In this document: positions 1-13,095 of the stretch, piece after piece
How the letters are laid out: the number at the start of each line of letters is the position of its first letter
How positions within the stretch are numbered: position 1 is the stretch's first letter
DNA from: Octopus sinensis
Lineage: Eukaryota
Direction of reading: 5' to 3'
NCBI RefSeq assembly: GCF_006345805.1
Contig: NW_021832987.1
Coordinates: forward strand, 1-59,304
DNA: 59,304 bases
Translations under genes and position numbers: made by a program
Notes under the pieces: generated by a model
The model's input: the letters and a program-made list of their open reading frames with translations, nothing else
Databases searched by the model: none
Told to the model about the DNA's origin: nothing

Positions 1-136
1 TGAACGAGATTGGTGACCCTCGTTGAGTTGGCAAAGCGTGTCAATTTAGACGATAGAAATAACAGTCAACGGAACTCAGATCATCAGTTATCTTAAAATT
101 GAGGGAGGACATTGACATGTATCTATGTATATGAAA

Positions 137-379
137 CAGTGGTTCTGAACCATGTTTAAGTTATGGATTTATTTGATCCCTACTTTACTGGGATGGACAC
201 AAGTAGCCATGGAATGTCTTAAGAAATCCCATTATAATTTTATAATTAGATATTAGGAATTATATAAAACTAGTTTTACTTATTTGTGCACTGTAGAAGT
301 GTAACTAATATAGTGCATACATTTGAACAATATTATTTATGAAATCCCAAGGGTTATATCGACCCGTTCAGATATACTG
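137..379. mobile_element. hAT-type MITE (non-autonomous DNA transposon)
   Basis: Left TIR CAGTGGTTCTGAAC and degenerate right TIR GTTCAGATATACTG. The 8-bp flanks ATATGAAA / ATATAAAA match 7/8, consistent with a hAT TSD. Confidence 0.65.
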
Positions 380-654
380 ATATAAAACTTTATTATGTTC
401 ATCAGTATTGAAATACATTCGACTAATCTCAGAGTATTGTGTATATTAAAAGTCAATAAACACTTAAAAACTCACGATAATATTCAATTGATTTCTCTAC
501 CATAGTTGCTTGTGTGAATCATCTGCAATTCTGTTATGTTCTACATCTCTGTAGCCACGACTTAGAACTGTTCAAAACACATTCGTTCAGAGACATAACG
601 TATAGACGAGTATCTCTTCATATTTTCACGTGATTTATATATATATATAGACGA

Positions 655-803
655 TAAGAAAATGGAGAAATAAATGACAATGAAAGTGGATCTTCGGTGT
701 TATAAAGCCATTAATTAATTAATTAATTAATTAATTAATTAAATAATGGCTTTATAACAGTAAAGATCCACTTCTAATTGTTATTTGTTTCTCCATTTTC
801 ATA
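655..803. repeat. Fold-back inverted repeat (~55-bp arms) with a (TAAT)n centre
   Basis: GAAAATGGAGAAA...GTGGATCTT...TGTTATAAAGCCATTA is mirrored by TAATGGCTTTATAACA...AAGATCCAC...TTTCTCCATTTTC. Confidence 0.85.
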
Positions 804-978
804 TATGCATTAAACTACGGTTTAACTTTTAAATTACCCACTACCGTATACCTTAAAAGAAGCACAATACATACTGAGATAATTAACAGGAGTGCCTCTG
901 TATACATCTATCCTTTATGTGGTTCAATACCTATAATTTATAATTACACACACACCATATTTATATACATATATATAT

Positions 979-1029
<51 letters not shown>

Positions 1030-1854
1030 TAACCATTCTTCACACTCTCCTATCACAAAATTAACTTTCACTATATCTTTCCACTGCCGGTCACTTCAGA
1101 AATGTAACAACACGTCGAGAGTTGGCGATTCTTCTTCTTCTTTGGCCTTTTCCCTTTCTACTTTCCGACGAAGAGTCATGCTGGAAATGTCAAAAATCCT
1201 CTCCTTCCACCGAACTAATATAATTCCTGTTCTCACATCCGTGCTTCTGTGTGTGTGTGTGTGTGTTTGCATGTTCCTTTTCATATAAATAAACACGGAA
1301 TCATGTGGTTGTGTGTGCAGGTGTATATAAAGGTACAAAAATATCGGTGAAATCAAGGTAGGAAACACAACCTGGGTGTATTCGTTTTACAAATGTTTCG
1401 CAAATATATTCTTCTCTCTTACCTATAGCACAGACGAAGAGATAAAAAACCAAAGGTAGAATAAACCTAACGTAGCTCACGTTGAGAGTCGCCAAAGATT
1501 CAAATAAGCAGAAGGAAATGATACACGTGGCCTGAATGGCAACTCTGATTTTGACGTTTGATGCGTGATGGGTCGGAGACAACGTTTCCTGGTATGGGTG
1601 CTTTGTAATTAAGCTCGTGTATGTGGATGTGCTAACGGGTGTGAACTTAATGTGCGTGTGGGTGAGGCTAAGTAGGTACATATATATATATATAATATAT
1701 AATATATATATAATATATATATATATATATGAGTGTAATCAGATGCACAACACACACCTACTAGACACGCACACTATTCGCGAGTGCTGTGTATATATAT
1801 ATATATTATATATATATATATATATAATATATATTATTTATATAAACACACAAT

Positions 1855-1890
<36 letters not shown>

Positions 1891-1924
1891 AACACACACC
1901 CACACATATATATATATATTTATT

Positions 1925-2325
1925 TTCACTTTTTTCAGTCATTTGACTGCGGCCATGCTGGGGCACCGCCTTTAGTCGAGCAAATCGACCCAAGGACTTA
2001 TTCTTTGTAATCCCGGTACTTATTATATCGGTCTCTTTTGTCGAACCGCTTAGTGACGGGAACGAAAACACACCAGCCTCGGTTGTCAAGCGATTTTGTG
2101 GGACACAGACACAGACACACACACACACACACACATACATATATTTATATATATATACTTATATACGACGGGCTTCTTTCAGTTTCCGTCTAACAAATCC
2201 ACTCACAAGGCATTGGTCGGCCCGGGGCTATCGCAGAAGTCAGTTGCTCAAGGTGCCACGCAGTGGGACTGAACCCGGAACTATGTGGTTTGTTAGCAAG
2301 CTACTTACCACACAGCCACTACTGC
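1925..2325 (-). mobile_element. SINE family A (tRNA-like head, internal TA/CA microsatellite, LINE-like 3' tail)
   Basis: On the minus strand: A-box-like TGGCTGTGTGG, B-box-like GGTTCAGTCCC and tail CCAGCATGGCCGCAGTCAAATGACTGAAA. More than 10 copies occur in the window. Confidence 0.9.
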
Positions 2326-2330
2326 TTCTA

Positions 2331-2565
2331 CAAGGCAGCGAGCTGGCAGAAACATTAGCACGCCGGGCAAAATGCTTAGCGGTATTCGTCTGCCGCTACG
2401 TTCTGCGTTCAAAGTCCGCCGACGTCGACTTTGCCTTTCATCCTTCTCAGGATCGATTATATAAGTACCAGTTCGCACTGGGGTCGATGTAATCGACTTA
2501 ATCCCTTTGCTTGTCCTTGTTTCTCCACTCTATGTTTAGCCCGTTGTGGACAATAAAGAAATATA
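2331..2565 (+). mobile_element. SINE family B
   Basis: Head AAGGCAGCGAGCTGGCAGAA, B-box-like GTTCAAAG(A)TCC and body GTCGACTTTGCCTTTCATCCT...AAGTACCAG, shared with other copies. Confidence 0.85.
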
Positions 2566-3591
2566 TATTTATATACATATACATTTCTAGACGGTTACAC
2601 ACACACACACACATACACACACACAAACACACACATACACACACACACAACACACACACACACACAGAGTCATTATGCATAAAACTATACGGGCATGCGA
2701 TATAATTTGATGTAGCATCTTGCATCAATTTGTAACCATTTCTTGCTAATAATGAGTTATGATTTGTGTGTAATGTCAGTTTAATGATTGATGATATTTA
2801 ACAGAAGTTTCTTTATTCAAACTTAAAATATCATTTACTAAATCCGTAAATAAAATGTCAGTTTGTTTAAAACAATTTTGTAATAACATTTTCTTTTCTT
2901 TTTTAATAACATATCTCATTTTTATTCTCCTTTCGTATGATGGAGGTTTTGCTAGACATGAAAATCTGAAAATATTTTACTGATACAATTTTTCCCAATT
3001 ACTATTTCACATATCGTAGTGCAACAGATACTCATTGTAGTTTACATCGAAACGTTTATCACTATAATTAAAATCTTTAGCTCGAATCTGTTCAAGATTA
3101 ATTGAACGATTTTCTTCAAAGAATCCATTCCACTGCTGTTACAGAAAATCGAGATTTTACCAGACTATAAAGCCATTTAATTAAATATGTGTTTAATTAA
3201 ATATCATGTCTAATCCGGTGTTTATTACGTCAAAACCTTAAATACCCCTAACGTTACTTGACTTGTGTTTAAGTTTTTCTATAGTACTTATGAGTCGAAT
3301 ATATATATATATATATATATTGGTATATATTGGTAAATGTTTTTGAATTTCACTCTCTACATGAATTTATCCCTCTTTGTGTCTCTAGCACTAAGCTTCC
3401 TTATTTTGGAGCCTTTTATTATATTTCTATATGAATAATATTTTTCTATATGAATGATATTTTGTCTAATGACTAATTCGTCTTTTGTGCTAGGCCATTG
3501 GTAATAATAGCCTATGTATTACCCTTTTTGATTATGTTCATATGTATATAATATATATATATATATATATATATTAATATATATAATATAT

Positions 3592-3628
<37 letters not shown>

Positions 3629-3942
3629 GGTAAAAACGTTAAGATAACAAAAGAAAGAAAGATACATTAATATTATGTAAAGAGAAAATTATCTGTAAAA
3701 TAATATGTGACAATTATTCAATAGCCAAGATAGAACTGAGTTTCGGATGCCGAGGTGGAAATCCACACCACATTTTCTTCGGTTATCTATCTATCTATCT
3801 ATAAATATATATATATATATAATATATTAATCCACAAGATAAATAATATAGATATATAGTTAACGCAAGGATTGAACAAATAAAGTTTATTGGACGCTCC
3901 AGGAAGAAGGAAAGAAGGATATATATATAATATATATATATA

Positions 3943-4005
<63 letters not shown>

Positions 4006-4129
4006 AAAATGCCAACCTCCTTCATCGTTCAGAATATTCGACTAAAAATCATTTATCATTTACTTTTACTATTCTTTATTACTTTGCGATTCCTGCTTCA
4101 CGCAAGTTTAGATCGAAGAAACATTATAT

Positions 4130-4865
4130 AGAAGTAAGACTTTATTAAGCACCATTGAGTTCTGCATTTAGGTGAAACAATCTTGAGCCAAGTGATGTAT
4201 ATCCACGGCGTATTCGCGAGTGATGTGAAGCATGAAGCTGAGGAGCAAGCTAGGATAGCAGGTGCTGGTACAGTAATTCTCCAGTGACAAATTTCGATAC
4301 TTAAAAAAAAGAAATTGCCATAAAAGCCTAACTCACGATTTTCATTTATGTTTTTGTGCCTATCTTCAACTATTGACAAGGCTACTATGTAATCACCGAA
4401 AGAGTACGATTGTCTTAATTGGGGTACCTCCAAAGGATCTCTGCACTATGCTTACTCGACATGGTTCGTAGCTTTGTGTACAGAGAGTATCTTTAGTTCT
4501 AGCCACTGCTTGGCCGCATTGAGAGGTCACAGATCCGATACTACTGAAATGTGTTTATAATGCCCGAGGAAGGAATCGCAAGAGGGATTCTTCAAGCCCA
4601 GCCAACAGACAGGAGATCGAAGATGAGACAAATTACAAAATAGTTGGATAATATTCATTGGCTTAGTTGGTCGGGTTTGAGAATCCAGCTGGAAAATTTA
4701 ATAAGGATTGCTTCTGATAGGACACCGTGATAGTGGTGCCTGAGGACCCACCGCACATGGCACTCCCGGGAACAGTGGGCGGAGAAGATTAATAGATGCA
4801 CGGAAGGATGGATTGATGGGTGGATGGATGGGTGACTGGATGGATGGATGAGCGGATTGATGGGT
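4130..4865 (+). mobile_element. Decayed RTE-clade LINE 3' part (Expander/Rex3-like) with (GATG)n tail
   Basis: Hand translation across stops and frameshifts gives LGETILSQV..GVFASDVKHEAE..RIAGAGTVI..VPIFNY..VITERVR..LQRISAL.LLDMVRS..PLLGRIERSQIR..DNIHWLSWSGLRIQLENLIRIASDR. This is collinear with the RTE RT C-terminus and ends in GGAT repeats. Confidence 0.8.
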
Positions 4866-4954
4866 AGACATTATCGCACTGGAAATTTGTATAGGTATCA
4901 TATTGCAATATAATTACTTTTAGAGAATAAGACCCTGCTTCGGAATTGTCTTTT

Positions 4955-5177
4955 ACTCTCGTTTGCTTGTTTCAGTCATTTGACCGTGGCCATGCTGGAA
5001 CAACCCCTTTAGTCGAGCAAATCGACCCCAGGATATATTCTTTGTAAGCTTAGTACTTATTGTATCGGTACCTTTTTACCGAACAGATAAGTTTCGGGGG
5101 ACGTAAACACACCAGCATAGGTTATCAAGCGATGTTGGGGGGACAAGCACAGACACACAAATATATACAACACACAC

Positions 5178-5208
<31 letters not shown>

Positions 5209-5738
5209 CTATATATATATATATATATATAATTATATATATACATATATACGACGGGCTTCTTTCAGTTTCCGTCTACCAAATCCACCTCACAAGGCTT
5301 TGGTCGGCCCGATGCTATAGTAGAAGACACCTGCCCAAGTTGCCACGTAGTGGGACTGAACTCGGAACCACGTGGTTCGTAAGCATGCTACTTATTCTTT
5401 GTAAGCCTCGTACTTATTCTATCGGTGTCTTTTTGTCGAACCGCTATGTTACGGGGACGTAAACACACCAGCATAGGTTGTCAAGCGATATTGGGGGGAC
5501 CAGCACCGACACACAAACACATACATACACACGTACGTATATATATATATATATATATATATCTACACAAATATACGACGGGCTTCTTTCAGTTTCCGTC
5601 TACCAAGTCCACTCACAAGTCTTTGGTCGGCCCGAAGCTATAGTAGAAGACACTTGCCCAAGTTGCCACGCTGTGGGACTGAAAGTGGAACGATGTGGTT
5701 CGTACGCAAGTTACTTACCACACAGCCACTCCCACGCC
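4955..5738 (-). mobile_element. Two SINE family A copies in tandem
   Basis: One copy at 4955-5390 followed by a second, tail-truncated copy at 5390-5738. Confidence 0.85.
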
Positions 5739-5751
5739 TATAATGTGTGAC

Positions 5752-5869
5752 GCTTACAGCACCTAGGTTTCCCAAGCGGTCATTCATCTAAGTACTAACT
5801 AGGCTCAACATAGCTTAACTTCGATGATCGGATGAGAACCAGTGCTTTCAACGTGATATGGCCGTAATA
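5752..5869 (-). pseudogene. 5S rRNA: 5S rRNA pseudogene (solitary, diverged)
   Basis: The reverse complement reads TACGGCCATATCACGTTGAAAGCACTGGTTCTCATCCGATCATCGAAGTTAAGC...GTTAGTACTTAGATGAATGACCGCTTGGGAAACCTAGGTGCTGTAAGC, a full-length 5S match. The C box is altered (GATGAAT vs GATGGGT) and there is no oligo-T terminator. Confidence 0.9.
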
Positions 5870-6525
5870 CTGACAAATATTTACACTAATCGTTTCTTGG
5901 ACACATTTACTAAGACGTTAAGAAGTATAAGATATTTTTTTCAAACATTTACGTATAATGCCATCGTATTTTTTAGCCTCTTTTCTTTAATTTGCATTGA
6001 AAATTTAACAAGGACATCCGTACTTGCTTGCGAATGTGGTCTCTTTGTCTACTAAATAATTATTAGTTGTGCTGTTCTCTTTACTAATACCATCTGTAAG
6101 AACCAGTTTATAATTTTATATTAACATTGCATTATAATTTGGCGAACAGGAAATTTAAATTGTCGTGTTCTTGAATTAATTGACATAATTTTCCTGAATC
6201 TATGTAAAATTATTTTTCGCAATATAATTAATTATTCATAATTTGCAAGAGGAATCTCATTTTTTTTTTGTGTGTACTACTTCAATAGTATAAAGCATTT
6301 GCATTGTGTTCCGTGGCAAATGTACAGTAATTATGCTGAATAATGATTCGAATTCGAAATTAATGAGATCTAAAATTCGTATCGAAGAAATATTATGAAA
6401 TATATTAAATGATAATGCATTTATTTATTTAATGTGATAAGCAGATTACATACACGCAGTTATACTACCTGTTATCTCTTCTCAGCGCAGGCGTGTATGT
6501 GTAGTTAGAAGATTGTTTCCCAAGC

Positions 6526-7145
6526 AAGGCGGCGAGCTGGCAGAAACGTTAGCATGTCGGGCGAAATGCTTAGCGTATTTCGTCAGCCGTTACGTTCTGA
6601 GTTCAAATTTCACCGAGGTCGACTTTGCCTTTCATCTTTTCGGGGTAGATAAATAAAGTACCGGTTATGCACTGGGGTCGATGTAATCGACTTAATCTGT
6701 ATGTCTGGTCTTGTTTGTCCTGTCTGTGTTTTTAGCCCCTTGTGGGTATTAAAGAAATAGGTATTTCTTCTAACCTTACGTTCTGAGTTCAAATTCCGCC
6801 GAGGTCGACTTTGTCTTTCATCCTTTCGGGGTCTATAAATAAAGTACCAGTTATGAACTGGGGTCGATGTAGTCGACTTAGTTCGTTTGTCTGTCCTTGT
6901 TTCTCCCCTCTGTATGTAGCCCCATGTTGGCAATAAAGAAATCAGAAACGTTAGCACGCCGGGCGAAATGCTTAGCGTTACGTTCTGAGTTCCAATTCTG
7001 CCGAGGTGGACTTTGCCGTTCATCTTTTCGGGGTCGATTAAATAAATACCAGTTACGCACTGGAGTCGATATAATTGATTTAATCCGTTTGTCTGTCCTT
7101 GTTTGCTCCATCTGTATGTAGCCCCTTGTGGGCAGTAAAGAAATA
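6526..7145 (+). mobile_element. SINE family B tandem array (~3 body units)
   Basis: Repeated TACGTTCTGAGTTCAAATT...CACTGGGGTCGAT...AGCCCCTTGTGGG...AAAGAAAT units. Confidence 0.85.
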
Positions 7146-7961
7146 AAAAGCCTGGTTCTCAATCACATGACTCCAGGTTCAGTCCCACTGGGTGTTACCT
7201 GGGACAAAATATCGTCTACTGTAGTCTCTGCCGATTCAAGGCGCCTGAGTGAACTTGGTAGAAAGAAACTAACGTTGTACATACAAGAATATTTGAGAGC
7301 GGTACCGTAGCACGACCGTACTCTAATGGCTGACACTGGAAACAAGTAAAAGATCGAAGATAAAATATACCATATTGCAAGTTTCCCGTTGAGGGTAATT
7401 CTGCTCCCCAAAACCTTGCATCAGATAGAAACGGTAAGGTATCGTGAGACATGTAGCACCACAACTAATTTTAGTGAACATAAATTTCAGAAGTATAAAT
7501 ATAGGAATAAAGACTGTTTTTCTATATATTACATGCCTAAAGAATTTTTGTGGCCATAACATATATAACGAAAAATAAAAAATAAATAAAGGCATGAGAT
7601 CTGATAAACGCGACGCACTGGATTTGATATGTACGAGATTAAGGGAATGATATACAATTTGAAAGCATAATTTTCCTAGCATTTCTTGATTATTGTTCTC
7701 TTAGATGATTAATAAGATATTTAAAGGAAGGGATATTATTTTTCTATAACTCCTTCTAATGAATCGTAATTTTCAGAGGAACGACTTTTTGAATTGATAT
7801 GGATTTGCTGTAAGAAGATTGCTTCTAAACTATATGTTTGCGGGTTCGGTCACACTTAATAGCACATTAGGGAAGTAACTTCTGCTATATCCTCGGGCCG
7901 ACCAAATACATGCGAGTGAATTTGGTAGATTGAAACTGGAAGAAGCTCTTCTTATATACAT

Positions 7962-8044
<83 letters not shown>

Positions 8045-8048
<4 letters not shown>

Positions 8049-8092
8049 ACAACAATAATGATAATAATAATGATAATAACAATAATAATAAC

Positions 8093-8138
<46 letters not shown>

Positions 8139-8199
8139 TAATAACAAAAATAATAATAATAATAATAACAATAACAATAATAATAACAATAACAATAAC

Positions 8200-8240
<41 letters not shown>
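8045..8240. repeat. (AAT)n/(AAC) microsatellite
   Basis: Direct inspection. Confidence 0.95.
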
Positions 8241-8242
8241 TA

Positions 8243-8429
8243 GAGGCAGGGGTGGTTGTGTGGTAAGTAGCTTGCTTATCAACTACTGCTTCGTTGTGTT
8301 CAGTTCTACTGCGTGGACACTTGGGCAAGTGTCTTCTACTATAGCATCGGCCGATCAAGCCTTGTGAGTGGATTCTCGGACGGAAATTGAAACAAGCCGT
8401 CGGTTTTTATTATAATATATATATATATT

Positions 8430-8469
<40 letters not shown>

Positions 8470-8709
8470 CTATACATAGTGTGTGTATGTATGTATGCAT
8501 GTGTGTGTATATGTTTGTGTGTCTTGTTCCCCAAACGTCGCTTGACGATCGATGCTGGTGTATTTACATCCCCGTAAATTAGTGGCTCAGAAAAAGATAC
8601 CGATTGAATAATTACTAGTTTAACAAAGAATAAGTTTGGGGTTGATTTGATCGAACAAAGTTGGTGCCCCAGCATTGCCGCTGTCAAATGAATGAAACAA
8701 GTAAAAGAA

Positions 8710-8710
<1 letters not shown>
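8243..8710 (+). mobile_element. SINE family A (older copy)
   Basis: Head GAGGCAGGGGTGGTTGTGTGGTAAG and tail GCCCCAGCATTGCCGCTGTCAAATGAATGAAACAAG. Confidence 0.8.
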
Positions 8711-8780
<70 letters not shown>

Positions 8781-8940
8781 TAATAATAATAAAAAGAAGA
8801 AGAAGAAGAAGAAAGAGAAGAAGAAGAAGAAGAAGAAGAAGAAGAAGAAAGAGAAGAAGAGGAAGAAGAAGAAGAAGAAAAGACGATGATGATGATGATG
8901 AAAAAGAATAAGAAAAGGAAGAAAAGAACAACAACAACAG
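8711..8940. repeat. (AAT)n-(AAG)n-(GAT)n compound microsatellite
   Basis: Direct inspection. Confidence 0.95.
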
Positions 8941-10322
8941 AAACAGCCACATACAAAAACTAATAAAGGTTTAACCAGTCGGTTATTGAATGTTGAAGAA
9001 ATTAACCCAAGACAAGAGGTTTCATGAAACGAATGAAGATGATATATATTGGAACGGAAGACTTTGTCTCTTTCGACCAACGATTGATTGGCCAGGTAGG
9101 ATCAATATTTTATCAATGGGAGGATTCCAGAATTAGAGATTGAAGAACTTAAGACAAGAACCGAAAATGAATTGGAAGACTTTTGAGTAACATTAGTAGA
9201 ACGAAGTAGTGCTAAATGAGAATGGAAATGGAGAAAATCACTAACAGCATGAGGACACTAATGAAGAATATTGTAAAGGAGATGAAGCCGGAAGAATGCA
9301 AGAAATATTGAACACAAATTGAAACGATGAAGTCGAGATTTTTGTGATGATGCGAGGTATGATATTTACTGAAAGCGAGGACACGTATAAGTATAACGCC
9401 CCCACTGGCGGCGTTATACTTATCTTGCTTATAAATAACGCTTATAAATAATACCTGCACCCGGTTACACTACTTATATGAAAATAGCCCTTGGAAATAA
9501 ATTCTGAAAAACTTTTAAGAGAAATATGATTAACCATTGCAAGAGGAATTACTCCTGGGAGACGAATGGTGGTTTGTCTTGTCGACGGGGGGTTTCTTTG
9601 ACAAGGCAGGGTTAGACGAACACACGCACACATAAAAAATTTCTTTCTGCCACCCGACGGATTTTACAGCAGTGACCATTGTGTAGGGCTGTTTACCAAC
9701 TGACGGCCACTTGATCAAACGCACATACGAACACATAGAACAGTACACACACACATGTTTCTAAGTAGATTTTGTCCCGCCCCATATAATACACCTAATA
9801 TTCTTTAAATAGTCAGAACTTTAGTCTCGGTCACAAAGAACATCTAAGCACCCCGTGCTCCCACCCACCGGAATGACGCTGCCTGACCCGTTAAAACCTT
9901 TCACGCACCACCACCAGTTTTCAACATACATTGATAAACAGTTTGGCCATGGGCTCTTAGGAGCCTCGTTCGATTTGTTTTGCTCCGCCTCTGTTCTGTT
10001 TTTGTTTTTTCCAACGGATTTCCTATTTCTTCCTGAAGAGAAAGACACAATATGGTCTCCTTACTCAATCGGAATTTGGTAAATTGTGCCTTTCGAAACA
10101 CGTGTAGAATGCAATAAAACGATTTCTGTTCAATCTTCGTTCAACTCCATTTCTTCAATTCACTAATAATATTAAAATTCAATTATCCGCACCAACGCAC
10201 GGTTGGTACACCATATGGTTGTACCTCCAACCGTGCTGTCTTCTGCTGTGATTATTGCTACCAAGGTATCGGTTAAACTTTTGATTAATCTGCAACAAGA
10301 TTATTCATCTTTCTATTTCACA

Positions 10323-10383
<61 letters not shown>

Positions 10384-10720
10384 ATATATATATATCAGTA
10401 CGTCTAGTTATGCACACATTCAGTTATACAAAGTGTAATGTAAGTACAAATAGGCACCCATGGGCATATACACATGTTCATTATTATTCTTCGACACACA
10501 AATACGCACGCGAGCGCCCGTGCACCCACACACACATATACAGACACATACACATAGTTCTGTTCCACCGTATTCCGGTTTTTTCAACCTCTACCTGTTA
10601 TATCTACTTCTTTCTCACCTTTTACAGCTTTCCCTCTTATCATACACAAGCATAAATGATAACATTGACACAGCACACACACGTAGATGCAAACTCATGA
10701 AAGTGTGTGCTTACGTGTGG

Positions 10721-10755
<35 letters not shown>

Positions 10756-11078
10756 CTTGAATATTATGCAGTTACTTTTACTATTGATTGAATTATTTGC
10801 ACTGCATATATTTTTAAAGTTTGAATATTAGGAAGATGCAATTTTGAAAGAATCATATTGCAATAACCGAACTGCTGTACACTATTCATTTTCTCTTTCA
10901 CGTTTAGATTGAACTGTGTTCCCACCTCACTCATCAGATACATACATAGATATGCACGATAGCCTATAAATACATATAAACGCTTACATGATTGCGTCTA
11001 TGTCCATACACATAAGCGCAGATATGTATGGTCTCAGGACAAGCGCTTCGAAACTGTTCTTGTCTAAAAGCCAACACT

Positions 11079-11466
11079 TTGGGAAGTACTCCGTCGGTTA
11101 CGACGACGAGGGTTCCGGTTGATCCGAATCAACGGAACAGCCTGCTCGTGAAATTAACGTGTAAGGGTCCGAGCACTCCACAGACACGTGTACCCTTAAC
11201 GTAGTTCTCGGGGATATTCAGCGTGACACAGAGAGTGACAAGGCCGGCCCTTTGAAATACAGGTACAACAGAAACAGGAAGTAAGAGTGAGAGAAAGTTG
11301 TGGTGAAAGAGTACAGCAGGGATCACCACCATCCCCTGCCGGAGCCTCGTGGAGCTTTTAGGTGTTTTCGCTCAATAAACACTCACAACGCCCGGTCTGG
11401 GAATCGAAACCGCGATCCTATGACCGCGAGTCCGCTGCCCTAACTATTGGGCCATTGCGCCTCCAC
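11079..11466 (-). mobile_element. SINE family C (tRNA-Arg-like head), full length with TSD
   Basis: Minus-strand head GGAGGCGCAATGGCCC..GACTCGCGG..GTTTCGATTCCC with TCG at the anticodon position. Flanked by AAAAGCC(A/C)ACACT. Confidence 0.9.
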
Positions 11467-11589
11467 AAAAGCCCACACTAAGACGCTCTAATAGGCAATA
11501 AATCCTGTGTAGTAACAATTCAAGGTAAGCTTCTAAATTAAACATAGGCCTTTACCTATCACCATGCCCTAGTGTCTGTTACTAACCCT

Positions 11590-12090
11590 TCTGATCATAA
11601 GGATGAGAGGCGAATATAATCAACCACAAATGCTTTCGGCTCTCTAGAGAAGTGTCCTCATATTTCTGATGTACATGTCCTGCATGGCTCTGGTTCAGTT
11701 AGTGTGGAGGCCCTCATTACCTCATTGCAGCTGTGCTGGGTGGGACATCATTGTAAAATGGAAGTCGGCAGTCTCCCAAAGACAGTTATCTATGATGAGC
11801 TGCCTATTGAGAAGTGGAGTCGTGTTGGCCATAGGATACGATAGAGGGATGTGTTGAAATGTTATATAAAAACTCCAGCATGTCCCCAGCAACAGGGGAG
11901 GATAGGGCTCCGCGGCACGATGAATGAAACCAATCCCTGAAATTCGAAATTACTGCCATTGAGGAGAGACCTGAGAGAGAACACAAAAGAGCCCACGAGA
12001 AGCTCACTACTGTGTTGTGTCAAGTAGCTTCACCTCCATCAGATGACATCACTGTTGCAATTCAAGAAGAGGCATTGTAGCCGTCAGCCG
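11590..12090 (+). mobile_element. Decayed RTE-clade (BovB-like) LINE 3' fragment
   Basis: Translation ISDVHVL..SVEALITSLQLCWVGHHCKMEVGSLPKTVIYDEL..RDVLKC matches the RTE motif SIE..QLRWxGHVxRM..LPKxxLYGEL..xKDxLK. Confidence 0.75.
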
Positions 12091-12149
12091 AGGCAGAAAT
12101 GATTTCTGGACAGGAACAGTCAACGTTTACCTATGACTGTCAGCGAAAG

Positions 12150-12485
12150 AATGTATATATATGTATATATATATGTATATATATATACGTATGTTTGTAT
12201 GTATATGTGTGTATTTATATGTGTGTATGTATATGTGTGTATGTATATGTGTGTATGTATATGTGTGTATGTATATGTGTATATGTATATATATGTGTAT
12301 GTATGTGTGTATGTATGTGTGTGTATGTATGTGTGTGAATGTGTGTGTATGTATGTGTGTATGTATATGTATGTATGTATATGTGTGTATGTATATGTGT
12401 GTGTATGTATATGTGTGTGTATGTATATATATGTGTGTGTATATGTGTGTGTATATGTGTGCGTGTGTGTGTGTGTGTGTGTGTA
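12150..12485. repeat. (TG/TA) mixed microsatellite
   Basis: Direct inspection. Confidence 0.95.
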
Positions 12486-12834
12486 TAGAAGATTTAGTAT
12501 TTGATTGTTTTAACTTAATGAGTCGTAGGAGAATAAAGGTAAGATGGCGGCTTCTATATCTTGGGTTGCTATCTGTTTCTATTGACCAACATTGTTATGG
12601 CTATAGCTTATATGGACAACGGCGATTAAACAGAATGCCCCTTTGGTAGGGATAACCAGGTCTAGAGTTCTATATGTGCATTATCAACTACCAGAGACTT
12701 CAAGAACATTTATTGTCCCGTCCATGTTGGTCAAAATTGCATCAATAAGTGTGTTGTTATCGGAAGTTAGTTATCCCTCAGTTGGTCCAGATAATGAATA
12801 CCAGCTTCATACCAGGTGTACTGTAAGTACAATG

Positions 12835-13095
12835 TAAAATAAATAAATGCGCCCTTTTAAAGCCTAGTTAGGCTCATGGGCCCTTTTTCCCGGTTTCTTT
12901 GGCGTATATGTTCCCCAGCTGGACGGGACGCCAGTCCATCGCAGCGTTACTCCTTTTTGCTAGCTGAGTGAACTGGAGCAACGTGAAATGAAGTGTTTTG
13001 CTAAAAAACACAATGCATCTCCCGGTCCAGGAATCGAAACCACAATCTTACGATCATGATGCCGACACCCTAACCACTAAGCCACGCGCCTCCAC
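12835..13095 (-). mobile_element. SINE family D (tRNA head, CORE-like middle, tail shared with the 34083 element)
   Basis: Minus-strand head GGAGGCGCGTGGCTTAGTGGTTAGGG...GTTTCGATTCC. A 12-bp TSD GTAAGTACAATG lies on both sides. Confidence 0.85.

Noticed and set aside
9000-10310. Possible LTR gag remnant (9000-9370), 14-bp hairpin (9388-9423) and piggyBac-like Cys-rich C-terminus (9580-9760, minus)
   Set aside because: The similarity is too fragmentary to call without a homology search.
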